Positions 24,973 through 35,000 of a stretch of DNA of 61,496 bases are shown one piece after another. Under the pieces are notes generated by a model that saw only the letters and a list, made by a program, of their open reading frames with translations, had not been told where the DNA came from and searched no databases. The stretch is from an uncultured Planctomycetota bacterium (GTDB taxonomy: Bacteria; Planctomycetota; Planctomycetia; Pirellulales; Thermoguttaceae). The translations under genes and the position numbers were made by a program. The stretch spans positions 1-61,496 of the forward strand of contig CACXSS010000030.1 of assembly GCA_902770245.1 (NCBI GenBank), read 5' to 3'. Each line of letters opens with the position of its first letter. Position 1 is the stretch's first letter.

Positions 24973-26454
24973 ATGAAACGACTTCTCATTTGCATCGCAG
25001 CGATTCTGTTTCTCGTTTCTGCCGCAGAAGCGGGACAGAAAAAAGCGCTGCTGATTATGCTTGACGGACAGCGGTCAGACGCGTTGTACTCGGCTCCAAC
25101 GCCGAATTTGGATTCTCTTCGCAACGGTACTTGGGCGGAAGGATACAAAGGCGCCTATACGTTCCAGTCGCATACCAATCTGGAATCGCCGCCGTCGAGC
25201 GCAACAAATCACGTCGCTATCGCAACCGGCGTTACAGCCGCCAAAAACGGCGTCTACAAAAACGGTCAGACGTTCAAAGGAAAGTATGACGAGTACCCAA
25301 CGTGGATGCAAAGACTTCGAAAAGCCGACCCGAATATCGTTTCCGTTTGGCTGTACAACTGGGGCGAAGACGCAGCTATTCCCGCTGACGCGACGTATCA
25401 AAACTCTCGCGGCGGCGGCGTTGACGGCGACGTCAAAATCATCGACGAAACCGTTGCTATTCTCGACGGCTCGTTCCCCGATACAGAAGGCGTCAAGGGA
25501 ACAAAATGGACAAAAGGCGCCGACGTCGACGCGATTATGCTCTATCTGGATTCAATGGATATGTTCGGACATCGTCATGGATTCTCCGTCAATGTGAATG
25601 AATACTATGACGCTGTCAAATTCTATGACGAAAAAATCGGGAAAATTCTCGACGCCATCAAGAATCGTCCCAACTTCGCAAACGAAGACTGGATGATCGT
25701 TGTTACCGCAGACCACGGAGGAATTTATCGCACTCACGGCGTTGTCGGCTGCAAGAACTGCTATACAATTCCACTCATTGTCAGCGCCAAAGACATTGAA
25801 GCCGGCAAGATGGCGGGGCAACCGCAAAACTGCTGCTCCGCGGCGTATGTGATGAAGCACATGACCGGCTCAATTCCGGAAGAATTTGATGGATACATTC
25901 CTCAAACCGCTCTGGAAACGCCAGCAAATCTCGATAATCCGATTACCAACGTTGCCGACTTGAAAGCGGGCTGCCCTGCCAACGATTTCAGCTTTGTTAT
26001 CTGGTTCAAGGCAAACGGAAACCAGACGGGCGATCCGGCTATCGTTTCCAATAAAAACTGGGATAGCGGACGCAATCCGGGATTCGCGCTGGCAACGTTC
26101 GATCAAAAAGGCGAGCCGGCTCTTACGCTCAACTTTGGCGATGGCAAGAATCGGGACGACTTCCGCCCCATGTTCTATAAGAACAACGAATGGACGTTTA
26201 TTGCTGTAACCGCTCAAAAGGGCGGCGCCGCAATGTTGTTTGTCGGAACTCAAAACGGACGTCTGGCGTTCATTTCTGACGACATTTCGGAAATTAAATC
26301 GTTCACTTCCGACCTGAACTGGAACATCGGCACAGATGGCACAGGAAACTACAAGTGCAAGCTCAACGGAGAAACAAAGGGATTCCAGTACTGGCCATCC
26401 GTCTTGACAATTGATCAGATTAACGATCTGTACAAGAAGGGTCTTAGCGAGTAG
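24973..26454 (+). CDS. Secreted alkaline-phosphatase-superfamily phosphodiesterase/nucleotide pyrophosphatase with a C-terminal LamG-like domain
   Basis: A signal peptide is present. Matches are LLIMLDGQRSDAL, SSATNHVAIATGV and VVTADHGG. The C-terminal part FSFVIWFKANG..NEWTFIAVT.. resembles laminin-G_3. Confidence 0.65.
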   Translation: MKRLLICIAAILFLVSAAEAGQKKALLIMLDGQRSDALYSAPTPNLDSLRNGTWAEGYKGAYTFQSHTNLESPPSSATNHVAIATGVTAAKNGVYKNGQTFKGKYDEYPTWMQRLRKADPNIVSVWLYNWGEDAAIPADATYQNSRGGGVDGDVKIIDETVAILDGSFPDTEGVKGTKWTKGADVDAIMLYLDSMDMFGHRHGFSVNVNEYYDAVKFYDEKIGKILDAIKNRPNFANEDWMIVVTADHGGIYRTHGVVGCKNCYTIPLIVSAKDIEAGKMAGQPQNCCSAAYVMKHMTGSIPEEFDGYIPQTALETPANLDNPITNVADLKAGCPANDFSFVIWFKANGNQTGDPAIVSNKNWDSGRNPGFALATFDQKGEPALTLNFGDGKNRDDFRPMFYKNNEWTFIAVTAQKGGAAMLFVGTQNGRLAFISDDISEIKSFTSDLNWNIGTDGTGNYKCKLNGETKGFQYWPSVLTIDQINDLYKKGLSE

Positions 26455-26527
26455 GGAATGGGAAATAGGGAGTAGGGAGTAGGGAGTAGAAAAAACTATT
26501 TCCTATTCCCTAACCCCTATTCCCTAA
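26451..26527. repeat. Inverted heptamer arrays (GGGAGTA)n, then AAAAAA, then (CTATTCC)n, filling a convergent gap
   Basis: The TAG stop of the 24973 gene lies in the first unit. The structure can fold as a long hairpin and may act as a bidirectional terminator. Confidence 0.85.
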
Positions 26528-26532
26528 TGTCT

Positions 26533-27321
26533 CTATTTCAGCTTCTGTTCAAAGAGCCATTCGGCAAATCCGGGCGTGTAGTAAACTTCTCTCCAGATAT
26601 CATGTCCGCGTCCGGGAAGTTCCGTATATTTGACATCGCAGCCGGCTGCTTTGAGCGCGGCGACAGCGCTGCGAGAGCGTTCGACCGGAACGGAGGGATC
26701 GCGGTCGCCGTGGAAGAACCAGCCCTTGGCGTTTTTGAACTGACAGATTTTCTCGTTGTCTGCTCCGCCGCACAGCGGGACGTAAGCGGCAACTTCGTTT
26801 CCGCGTCGGCAAACGAAATCGCACGTTCCGTATCCGCCCATCGACATACCCGTAACATACAGACGGGACTTGTCAAGTGAGAATTCTTTTCGCAACTGGT
26901 CTACAACCGCCAGCAGACAGGTCATGCTGTCAGACGGCGTAACGGGCGTTGCGTGAGAGTTTCTTTCCGCCCAGTTCGTTTCGCACCAGCGTTTTCCGAC
27001 TGGACACTGGGGAGCGATCAGGAAAGCGGGATTCTTTACCCGATTCTCGCCGCTGATAAGCGTTAAGAACTGCGGATGGAAAAGCTGCCTGACGTTGTCG
27101 TCGCCGCGTTCGCCCGCTCCGTGAAGGAAAATAATCAGCGGATAGGACTTGTTAGGATCGTAGTTGTCCGGCTTGAACAGACGATACGGCAGTTTCGCGC
27201 CGTTGGCGGCTTGATAAACTCGCGCTTCGGAATTGGCGATCAGTTCTTGATAGTCTTCCGCCGCGTTACAGGTTGTTACAAGGGTCATGGCTAATAAAGC
27301 AAATGGAATGAAGTGTTTCAT
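26533..27321 (-). CDS. Secreted alpha/beta-hydrolase esterase (carboxylesterase / PHB-depolymerase-like)
   Basis: A signal peptide is present. Matches are LIIFLHGAGERG and the nucleophile elbow GMSMGGYG. Confidence 0.7.
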   Translation of the reverse strand: MKHFIPFALLAMTLVTTCNAAEDYQELIANSEARVYQAANGAKLPYRLFKPDNYDPNKSYPLIIFLHGAGERGDDNVRQLFHPQFLTLISGENRVKNPAFLIAPQCPVGKRWCETNWAERNSHATPVTPSDSMTCLLAVVDQLRKEFSLDKSRLYVTGMSMGGYGTCDFVCRRGNEVAAYVPLCGGADNEKICQFKNAKGWFFHGDRDPSVPVERSRSAVAALKAAGCDVKYTELPGRGHDIWREVYYTPGFAEWLFEQKLK

Positions 27322-27338
27322 GGTTTTGGGGTAAATTG

Positions 27339-27474
27339 GTTAGGGGGTTAGGGGATGAAGCTCCTAGCTGCTAGCTCTTAGCCAGGAGCTTGTGCATTTG
27401 AAGTTCTCGGCGTTAATTTTAAAGCCTGAAACTAAAATCGCCAAGCTAGGATCTAGAAGCTAATAGCTAGCGGC
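27339..27474. repeat. AGCTAGC/AGCTAAT-type repeat region with the hairpin aagctcct...aggagctt
   Basis: The sequence reads gctcctagctgctagctcttagccaggagc ... ccaagctaggatctagaagctaatagctagcggct. It lies between the start of the 26533 gene and the stop of the 27467 gene. Confidence 0.7.
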
Positions 27475-30412
27475 TCAGTTCTTCAATCGCCTTGGCGACA
27501 GCGGCGCGGCGCTGGTAAATCGCGTCCGGCGAGAAGTTGAACGTCGTCCAGTCGGAGGTAATCTCTTCTGGGACAACAAGCAGAGCTTCGTATTTCTGAC
27601 GCTGTTGAGGCGTGAGGTCTTTGGCTTCGGCGAGTTTCGATTTGAGAATTTGTAACATCTCAAAATCCTCGATGCCTTCGCGAAGCATTTCCAGTCGAAT
27701 TGACGGAACCGGGGCGTCCAGATTGGGTTCTGAACTGGGGGACTGGCACGACAGCGGCGGATAGAGGAACCGACCGTCGCCGTTGCCCCAGAAACGCTTT
27801 GCTCCCGGCGGAAGCGCGCCGTCGTGAACGTAACACATGGGGTCAAGGTACGGATTCTGCGGCGCTTTCGGGTCAGGAAACGCTGACGGCGACGTCCAGT
27901 AGTTGGACTGCCAAACCAGAATGCCGCTTAAGTCGTATTTCCAGGTTTGCCACAGCCACGTTCTTAACTCAACTGCAGCATGGTCAGTAAACTCTGTGCA
28001 GTACGGCGCGTGAGGCCAGCAGCAGACGTACGTCCAGAATCGCGCGCCTTTTGCTTTGAGCGGCTGCGCTAATGTATGATTGTAATTGGGCGTAACAGGA
28101 CACCAAATGTCAATCTTGCCGAGGTTTTCCTTTTCCGCTTCGTCAGCCGCCGGTTCTTCGGTAAGCAAATTGGGAATTTCCGGAGCGTACTTTTTGATTC
28201 GATTCATACCGTCGCGGACGTATTCGTAGTCTTTGGGATCCGGTTCGTCAAACCAGTATGTGTAACATTTGTTCAGCCAGCCTTTTTCTTTAAAATGATT
28301 TTGAAGCTGTTCAAGCTGACTTTTGAACATCGCCTGGTATTCCGGCGTACTCTCTCCGTATCCGAGCAGCTGAGGTTCCCAACGCTGCTGGAACGTGCCG
28401 CCGCCCATGCCTTGAATAGTCAAATGCATTCCGGTGAAATTGTATTTCTCAATCGCCTTGGCAAAGGCAGCGTCGAAATTCGTGAAATCGATTTCCGCGT
28501 GAGAAGCGCTCGGGTTGTCTTTGTCAACTACAAATTTCACTTTGATCGGATCCAGCGGAACCGGATTGTATGGGCTGATTCTGTATCGTGACAACAGCTG
28601 GAAATATTTATCCAGAATAACGCGCTTGTCCGCTTCTGTTTTAACGTTGTGGTATGTCCAGACAAAATTTGGATTGAATCCAAACGCCGTTTCAATCGTG
28701 TTGAACTTGGGAAGATCAAAGCCCCAGACGCGAAGCGTAACAGGAACGGCTGCCGTTTGCGTCTGTCCGTTAGCGGTCAGTTTAAGAGCAACGGTTGTTT
28801 GATACGTACCCGCCGGAGATCCTGCCGGAACGTAAACGGTTATCCAGATTGGGCAGTTCTTTCCTGCTGATGCGGTAAACACGTTCGGCAGCGGCGGCAG
28901 TGCGTCCGGATAGAAATCGCGAACGCATGTCGAGTCCGTCGGATGAGAAACGTAATGATAATAAACGCTTCTCAATTCGACGTTGTCTGCAGAGATGACG
29001 TTCTTACCGTCAGCGGATTTCAAATCGCCGGCAACGCTGGCGGAGATTTTCGTTTCCTTTTGAGGAATAACGACCAGCTGAGCGGATTCGTAATCGTTCC
29101 CGGCGGCGGAAAGGAAAATTCCGCTGGTCAAAAAAGAAGCCGTCAGCTCTGGCGCTTTTCGGGTCAGCGGGATTTTATGATCTGACGTCGTCCACCAAAC
29201 GGGGACGTCAACGCCTTTAGGGTCAAGACGCCAGCCGTAATCTTCCCGGTATAAATCCGGAACGAAATATGTGCAACGCAAAACGCTTGTCTTGGCGGCT
29301 CCGGAATCGTCCTTCCAGTTGAGCGTCAAGTCGTAAGTTCGATTCCCGGGAACGTCTTGAGGAAGCGTGTATTCAAAATCTTCCGGATAGCCGCCGTCGC
29401 CGGAAACCAATTCCCAGAAAATCGTTTCGCCGACAAGTTCCAAGTCGGCTGACGGATCGACTGACGACTTGTTGCTTTTGGTATTGGCAGTAAAGCGAAA
29501 TCTGTGAAGCTGTAACACCGTACCGCCGTTTGACTTGTCTGCTATAAAACGAATCCAGACGTTTTTGGCGTCGAGGTTGTCCGCGGCGCTGTCGGTAGTT
29601 CCGACCTGACCCAACTCGGTCAGCGGCTGCCAGTTGACGCCGTCAACGGAATATTGAACGAAAAGTTTTCCCTTGAGATAGTATTCGCAGCTCATTTCAA
29701 GTTGAAAACTTTTGAACGTCTCCGCACAGGGGGAGTTGAACTTATAGACAAGTTCAGAATCGCTTCCGAAAGTCCATCGGTTGGTATTGAAGCCAGCCGT
29801 CCACTTTTGAAGCGCTGGCGAACAAGCGCCTCCAGTTTTGTCGAATGAAGTTGAGAAAGTATACACTCCGGTTCCGGGATTAAACGTCTCGTTATCCGTC
29901 AGGTTATTGTCGCTTTCCCTGATTGTAACAGGGAGAATTTCCGCCTCGGCAAACTGGAACGTTGCGTTGGCTTCCCATTGTCCCAACCGGAGAATGTCGT
30001 TTTTAATATCCGGACGAGTCGGGAATATGATAGTGTACGTTTTCCATTCCGGGGTAAATGCAAAATCGGTATTGAAAAACCGGGGACCTGTCATGCCGCC
30101 GCGGCCAGCGCCGAGAGTTCGCGCTTTGAATCGAAACAGCCCCAGCCCGCTTTTAGACGCCTGACGAAGCTGGTCAAACGGGAAATCGGGATAAATCCAT
30201 GCTGACGACCCGACGCCTTTTCCGACAAGTTGTAACACAGCGCCCTCGACGCCGTCGACATGGGGAATAACTTCCCCTTCTCCGCCATCGGTCAGCTTCC
30301 ATGAGGAATCGGAAAAGTCGAATTTCATTCGCCCGCCGTCGAGCGTTACGGAATCAGCAAAAGCGCTGACGTTAAACAGGATAATTGCGGTAAATAATAG
30401 TATGCGTTTCAT
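27467..30412 (-). CDS. Secreted DUF4091-like (GH123-related) putative glycoside hydrolase
   Basis: The ORF was trimmed to MKRILLFTAIILFNVSAFA (signal peptide), because upstream codons are encoded by a GTTGCGA array. The C-terminal RLEMLREGIEDFEMLQILK resembles the DUF4091 signature. Confidence 0.5.
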   Translation of the reverse strand: MKRILLFTAIILFNVSAFADSVTLDGGRMKFDFSDSSWKLTDGGEGEVIPHVDGVEGAVLQLVGKGVGSSAWIYPDFPFDQLRQASKSGLGLFRFKARTLGAGRGGMTGPRFFNTDFAFTPEWKTYTIIFPTRPDIKNDILRLGQWEANATFQFAEAEILPVTIRESDNNLTDNETFNPGTGVYTFSTSFDKTGGACSPALQKWTAGFNTNRWTFGSDSELVYKFNSPCAETFKSFQLEMSCEYYLKGKLFVQYSVDGVNWQPLTELGQVGTTDSAADNLDAKNVWIRFIADKSNGGTVLQLHRFRFTANTKSNKSSVDPSADLELVGETIFWELVSGDGGYPEDFEYTLPQDVPGNRTYDLTLNWKDDSGAAKTSVLRCTYFVPDLYREDYGWRLDPKGVDVPVWWTTSDHKIPLTRKAPELTASFLTSGIFLSAAGNDYESAQLVVIPQKETKISASVAGDLKSADGKNVISADNVELRSVYYHYVSHPTDSTCVRDFYPDALPPLPNVFTASAGKNCPIWITVYVPAGSPAGTYQTTVALKLTANGQTQTAAVPVTLRVWGFDLPKFNTIETAFGFNPNFVWTYHNVKTEADKRVILDKYFQLLSRYRISPYNPVPLDPIKVKFVVDKDNPSASHAEIDFTNFDAAFAKAIEKYNFTGMHLTIQGMGGGTFQQRWEPQLLGYGESTPEYQAMFKSQLEQLQNHFKEKGWLNKCYTYWFDEPDPKDYEYVRDGMNRIKKYAPEIPNLLTEEPAADEAEKENLGKIDIWCPVTPNYNHTLAQPLKAKGARFWTYVCCWPHAPYCTEFTDHAAVELRTWLWQTWKYDLSGILVWQSNYWTSPSAFPDPKAPQNPYLDPMCYVHDGALPPGAKRFWGNGDGRFLYPPLSCQSPSSEPNLDAPVPSIRLEMLREGIEDFEMLQILKSKLAEAKDLTPQQRQKYEALLVVPEEITSDWTTFNFSPDAIYQRRAAVAKAIEELSR

Positions 30413-30420
30413 GGTTATTA

Positions 30421-30692
30421 GTTGCAAGTTACGAGTTGCGAGTTGCGAGAAAATGCAAGCGACCAACGGGAGTGGTTATCGGCAGGCGCGCGGGTGCGAA
30501 GCCGCACAGGCGGAGGGAACTGCGTTTTGTGATGAAAATTTTGTTTATGGCGCTACCCATGTCCAATCAGGAACCGACCTTGTCGGCGCGGACTGGGAGC
30601 GGCGCCTCGCCGCTAGGAGTTAGGGGTGAGGAGTTATTTTTGAGCCGCCGCTTGCGTAACTCCTCACTCCTCACTTCTCACTCCTCACTCGC
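30421..30692. repeat. Composite repeat block: (GTTGCGA)n array, long E2 copy, then inverted (GAGGAGT)/(ACTCCTC) arrays
   Basis: The array is at 30421-30449, E2 at 30456-30614, and the inverted repeat at 30615-30636 and 30657-30692. Confidence 0.85.
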
Positions 30693-30717
30693 AAATATTT
30701 GTTTTTTACAAATCAGC

Positions 30718-32037
30718 TCAGAAGTTCTTCGTGATTCCCTGCTTGAACTGCGGGTAGTTCCCGTCGGCGTCCGGTTCGATAGGAGCCGGCGAGTCCAATT
30801 CCAGGGCGTCGAGGTCTTTGACGAACTGGAATTCAGAATTCCAGGCTTTGTCGTAGGAAATCTCCTGACCGGATTCCAGCGCCATGCGTCCCATAATTCC
30901 CGCAAAGGCGGACTTGATGCCCTCGTCTACCTTGACGTTGGGCAGGTCTTCCCGAATAATGCGGAACAGACGGTTGTGCTCTTCCTGATAGGAATCGTTG
31001 CGCGGCTTTTCGGAACGCCAAACGATGTCGTTGTGATCTTCCGTAAACCCTTTGTAGATGCAGGGGCTGGGATGTCCTTCGCCCAAAACCGCCATGCCTT
31101 TGGTTCCCTGAACGACGCATTTGAACGCCCACCATGTGCCGGGAATCTGTCGTTGCTGAACAACCATTCTCACGCCGTCTTTGAAGTGATATTCCACCGT
31201 AGAATGGTCGTAAGCCTGGTCTTTAATCGTGCGAACGGAACGACCGCAGACGCCCTGGCACCAAACGGGCCAGTCGTTTTTCGACCAGCAGCCGATGTCG
31301 ATGTTGTGAATCATCCAGTCGATAATCGGGCTTCCCGCCACCCATGTAAAGCTGTTGAAATTGAGCAGCTGATTTTGCAGCGTCGATTTGTTGGGATCGT
31401 AATTGTACGGAACTTCTTCCTGGCAGCGATAAACGAAAATACCGGTGATGTCGCCGATAGCTCCGTTGTGAATCTGGTCAACGCAGTCTTCGGTTCGGAA
31501 ATACTTGCGGTTGTTCAGCCCCGTCATGACTTTAAGTCCCTTTTCCTGGGCGATTTCCCACGACCTGGCAACGTGTTTGATGCCGGGCGTGTCGACGGCA
31601 AACGACTTTTCCAGAAAGACGTGAATTCCCCGTTCGACCGCGTAACGGAAATGAATGTGACGAAACGCCGTCGGCGTGGTCAGAATAACGACGTCGCCGG
31701 GATTGAGGGCGTCAATGCACGCTTTGTATCCGTGCAAGCCGTGGAATCGGGCGACGGTGTTGGGGTCTTTGTTTTTCAGTCTGTCCGGGCGGGCGTCCTT
31801 AACGCGCTGAAGCAGACGTTCCGTTTTGAACTCGAACGCGTCCGCCATGGAAACCAGTTCGACGGGACCTTCCGTGCTGAGGGCTTGTAACAACGCGCCT
31901 GACCCGCGGCTTCCACAGCCGACAATGCCGACGTGAATGGTATTGTTTTCAGCCGCATGAACGGCGGGGATGGTAAACGTGGACGCGACTGCCGCTGTTG
32001 CCGCGGCTGTTTTGAGGAATTGACGGCGGGTTGACAT
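30718..32037 (-). CDS. Gfo/Idh/MocA-family oxidoreductase with a Tat signal
   Basis: The ORF was trimmed to MSTRRQFLKTAAATAAVAS (twin-arginine motif). The Rossmann motif is IHVGIVGCGSRGSG. Confidence 0.8.
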   Translation of the reverse strand: MSTRRQFLKTAAATAAVASTFTIPAVHAAENNTIHVGIVGCGSRGSGALLQALSTEGPVELVSMADAFEFKTERLLQRVKDARPDRLKNKDPNTVARFHGLHGYKACIDALNPGDVVILTTPTAFRHIHFRYAVERGIHVFLEKSFAVDTPGIKHVARSWEIAQEKGLKVMTGLNNRKYFRTEDCVDQIHNGAIGDITGIFVYRCQEEVPYNYDPNKSTLQNQLLNFNSFTWVAGSPIIDWMIHNIDIGCWSKNDWPVWCQGVCGRSVRTIKDQAYDHSTVEYHFKDGVRMVVQQRQIPGTWWAFKCVVQGTKGMAVLGEGHPSPCIYKGFTEDHNDIVWRSEKPRNDSYQEEHNRLFRIIREDLPNVKVDEGIKSAFAGIMGRMALESGQEISYDKAWNSEFQFVKDLDALELDSPAPIEPDADGNYPQFKQGITKNF

Positions 32038-32134
32038 GGATATTCTCCTGGGGGTTAAGGGGTGTAGGAATTTCATGCATTAATCATGCAAAATTCATAT
32101 GATTCATCTTCAAAAATATTTCTTTTAATAGCGC

Positions 32135-32875
32135 TTACTGAATTTTGTGAATATCACGTTCATTTACTGCAAGCATCCATTCTATGCGCCTAATTAAGTA
32201 CTCTTGTCCGAGATCCTGAATAATAAATCGACATTCATCTTCTATTATTGGGTCTTTATCCAAAGGAGGATCTGAAACGCGAGGTTTACTTTGATTCATC
32301 TGACTCAATTTTGTTTCTTGAGTATCCGCTAAATAATTAAGTTCCTTTTCCAGCGCTTTAAAAAATCCTTCTTGTTGAGCTTTCATACGATTATTTACAT
32401 ACCACATGATAGGGCAAATGATAGGGTAAAAAAGAAACGTGAAAACTTTTTTGAGCAATTCCCAAAAGGAACCTGTATTATTATCTGTTGTAGGTTGAGT
32501 TTGAGATTTGATATTATCAATGACTGTTGAAATATCGGAATCGCGTATCAAACAATCACGTAAGTTATCAGGAATGATATCAGAAACATGATACTTTAAA
32601 CGAATATGTCGTTTGAGCAGTCTTTCCTGTGTATTGTCATTGGTCAGTATGTCGCGAATAGTAGAAGCCGCATTTTTAAAAGAATTAAGAAGTTGTGAAA
32701 TGATCTTATGTTCTTTATTGAACATGTGCATTTTCGAATATGAAAAATAGACAAGAATGAACGAAATGAACAGTTGCGTTACCAACTTAAGGTCTTCTTG
32801 GTAATTATTAAAATAAAAACCAGAGTTTGAGATACACGTCTGCGCTTCAGAACAAAGATAGCTTGTTCTTCTCAT
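32135..32875 (-). CDS. Hypothetical protein with two hydrophobic helices (AT-rich island gene 2)
   Basis: 246-aa ORF with LVTQLFISFILVYFSY and VFTFLFYPIICPIMWYV. I recognised no family. It lies 13 nt downstream of gene 1. Confidence 0.55.
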   Translation of the reverse strand: MRRTSYLCSEAQTCISNSGFYFNNYQEDLKLVTQLFISFILVYFSYSKMHMFNKEHKIISQLLNSFKNAASTIRDILTNDNTQERLLKRHIRLKYHVSDIIPDNLRDCLIRDSDISTVIDNIKSQTQPTTDNNTGSFWELLKKVFTFLFYPIICPIMWYVNNRMKAQQEGFFKALEKELNYLADTQETKLSQMNQSKPRVSDPPLDKDPIIEDECRFIIQDLGQEYLIRRIEWMLAVNERDIHKIQ

Positions 32876-32888
32876 TTCAAAATAACCA

Positions 32889-34736
32889 TTAAAATAGTAA
32901 ATTATTACAGAAAATTTTAAGACTTGACCCGCTGCGGGGCAAGTAATGATTGATAATTACTATCGCTCCCACTATAATCGCCAGTACACAAGCTAAGATT
33001 AATGCATTACCCACTCTCAATATATAATCTATTGTTGAAAAAAATGAGACTATAAAAAACATCAAGAAAAATGCAGTTAAGACCGCCCAGAGTAACCCCA
33101 CAACGAATGAAAACCAGCCTAACTCACCCCACTGTGATTTTTTGAGTTCGTTCTTAAAATAATCAATGTCCTTCCTGATCCACGCATCATTTAAAAGAGT
33201 AACTCGCTCTTTGTATGCTTTTCTGCTGCTTGTTACAAATGGAACAGTTGAATATATTCCGTTTAACGCGGTTAATAACCAAGGCGGCGCTTGTTTGGAA
33301 AGAAGGTTGTTATTGACAATGAGTTCCGTAATTCCAGAGTATCTCCAATACGCTTGAATTTTTAAACAATCAGATAACGTTTGGAGGTTGTGATATTTGT
33401 CATGGCAACGCGAATGGAAATAATCGATAATACAGCATTTTATGCTAATATACAGGAGTAACAATACAGTTACCGCTGCTAAAATCAGGAAAACAGTACA
33501 AATGAAATCTCCATTAGAAATCTTGACGAAATTCAAATCAATATGTGATTCTTTTAAGCCTTTTACATTTTTGGGAATTCGAGTTTTGACGATTGTTCCC
33601 GTTGCAGTCTCGCTTGCAGTTCCATTATCAACTTCAATCGCAGTCTTGATTTTTGTCTCAATACTTGTTAATAATGTTATCGTATCAAATAATCTGCTTT
33701 CCTTTGTTTCTAATGTACAGTATCGCGTCAACTGGAGAGCGTTTACACCAAGACTGCTAATGCACATGCTGTTTATATAGATGATTAAAGCATTGCATAT
33801 AAAAAGGAGTAACGACACTATGCAAAACGCGTTAATATGCTTCTTCATCTTCTTTTTAAAATCTCTGGACAAATCCTGATAAAACATGGAATATCCAATT
33901 AACTGTTTTACCGAATTGTCATGTGCGTCAATTGAAGAAGAATTAATTATTGGATCGTCAATTTGAGGTTCTTTATCCTTTGCATAGCTAATGCGATTAA
34001 TCGTCCCAATGTTATCCAAGACGCTTATAATACCAAGTCTTTTGATTAATTTTGAAGGGGAGTTAATAGTACTCTTACAAGACGGCGTCTTTAAATTTCT
34101 ATAATAGTAAACGCTGACATTTTGGTCGCCTGAGGAACTGTTGCTCTTAATATGCAATACTGAATTTATATAATTCTCATAGGAATCTTGAAATCTGCTA
34201 CTCAGATAATTCCTTAAGGAATCATAAATGGGCGCTTGTTGTTCGGGGTCGGAATTATTCTCGCCTCGATAAATGACAATTGTTAAATGACGATTAATGA
34301 ATTGACAAGGCAATTCTTTGTCATTAGAGTTTTCACGAGTTTGAGGAATCAGCTCAGATTGATCGACAGGTCTAACAAAAGAATAGCTGTCAACGCCGTT
34401 TGACTCTTCTTTTGTTCTTTTTTTTAGATCAGCAATAACGCGGTTGATGATCCCTCCAATTGTACCAGACATGTTAGCGACAATTAACAAAGGGACGTCT
34501 TTTGGCCATTTCCACTGTTCAATAAAAGCGGTTAGGTACCGCTTTAGGGCATTTTCTTCATTTTTGTCAAGGCTTTGAGGTTCCAGAATAGAAATAACGA
34601 ATGGGATTATAGGAACTTTAACTCCTGCTGAGTTTGTCGTCCAGCCATAGCAATATGGCGGTTCATTTAAAAAACCGTCAAAATCAGAAGTTTTCGTATT
34701 GGCAGAGCTGTTTAAGTCAGAGACGTTAGCAGTCAT
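32889..34736 (-). CDS. Hypothetical multi-TM protein with an N-terminal soluble alpha/beta-like domain (AT-rich island gene 1)
   Basis: 615-aa ORF. The N-terminal ~200 aa alternate beta/alpha-like segments and carry a Gly-rich loop (LLIVANMSGTIGGIINRV). At least 4 hydrophobic helices occur between aa ~300 and ~600. Confidence 0.6.
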   Translation of the reverse strand: MTANVSDLNSSANTKTSDFDGFLNEPPYCYGWTTNSAGVKVPIIPFVISILEPQSLDKNEENALKRYLTAFIEQWKWPKDVPLLIVANMSGTIGGIINRVIADLKKRTKEESNGVDSYSFVRPVDQSELIPQTRENSNDKELPCQFINRHLTIVIYRGENNSDPEQQAPIYDSLRNYLSSRFQDSYENYINSVLHIKSNSSSGDQNVSVYYYRNLKTPSCKSTINSPSKLIKRLGIISVLDNIGTINRISYAKDKEPQIDDPIINSSSIDAHDNSVKQLIGYSMFYQDLSRDFKKKMKKHINAFCIVSLLLFICNALIIYINSMCISSLGVNALQLTRYCTLETKESRLFDTITLLTSIETKIKTAIEVDNGTASETATGTIVKTRIPKNVKGLKESHIDLNFVKISNGDFICTVFLILAAVTVLLLLYISIKCCIIDYFHSRCHDKYHNLQTLSDCLKIQAYWRYSGITELIVNNNLLSKQAPPWLLTALNGIYSTVPFVTSSRKAYKERVTLLNDAWIRKDIDYFKNELKKSQWGELGWFSFVVGLLWAVLTAFFLMFFIVSFFSTIDYILRVGNALILACVLAIIVGAIVIINHYLPRSGSSLKIFCNNLLF

Positions 34737-35000
34737 GATGATATGGTTGTGGCTAAGGGGTGTATGATAATAATTTGGGAGTGAAGGATTACAAGAATTG
34801 CTTCTTTATCGTTTCCCAAATCTTTTATATTTTTTATTATAAATAACTCATTTCCTATATGCAACCCCCCGGGAACGAAATTTTTCAGAAATAGACCGCC
34901 AGGAATTGCAAAGTATATTTAGAAAAGACCGGGAAACGAATGGATTTTAATGTCAGAGAGACGTTCAGATGCAATTCGCAGAAATGAAAACGCAATTGAT

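Noticed and set aside
30436-31890. 484-aa plus-strand ORF. Similar long antisense ORFs are 8738-9649, 15272-15769, 19723-20472, 38371-39588, 42069-43064, 45330-46148, 47339-48313, 52136-53275, 55604-56395 and 58571-59428.
   Set aside because: Each overlaps a confidently identified gene on the other strand (oxidoreductase, helicase, SelA-like, dhaK, secretin, LarA-like, shc, PPIase, dxs, GH172-like, guaA). None shows a recognisable motif. They are typical shadow ORFs of moderately GC-rich coding DNA.
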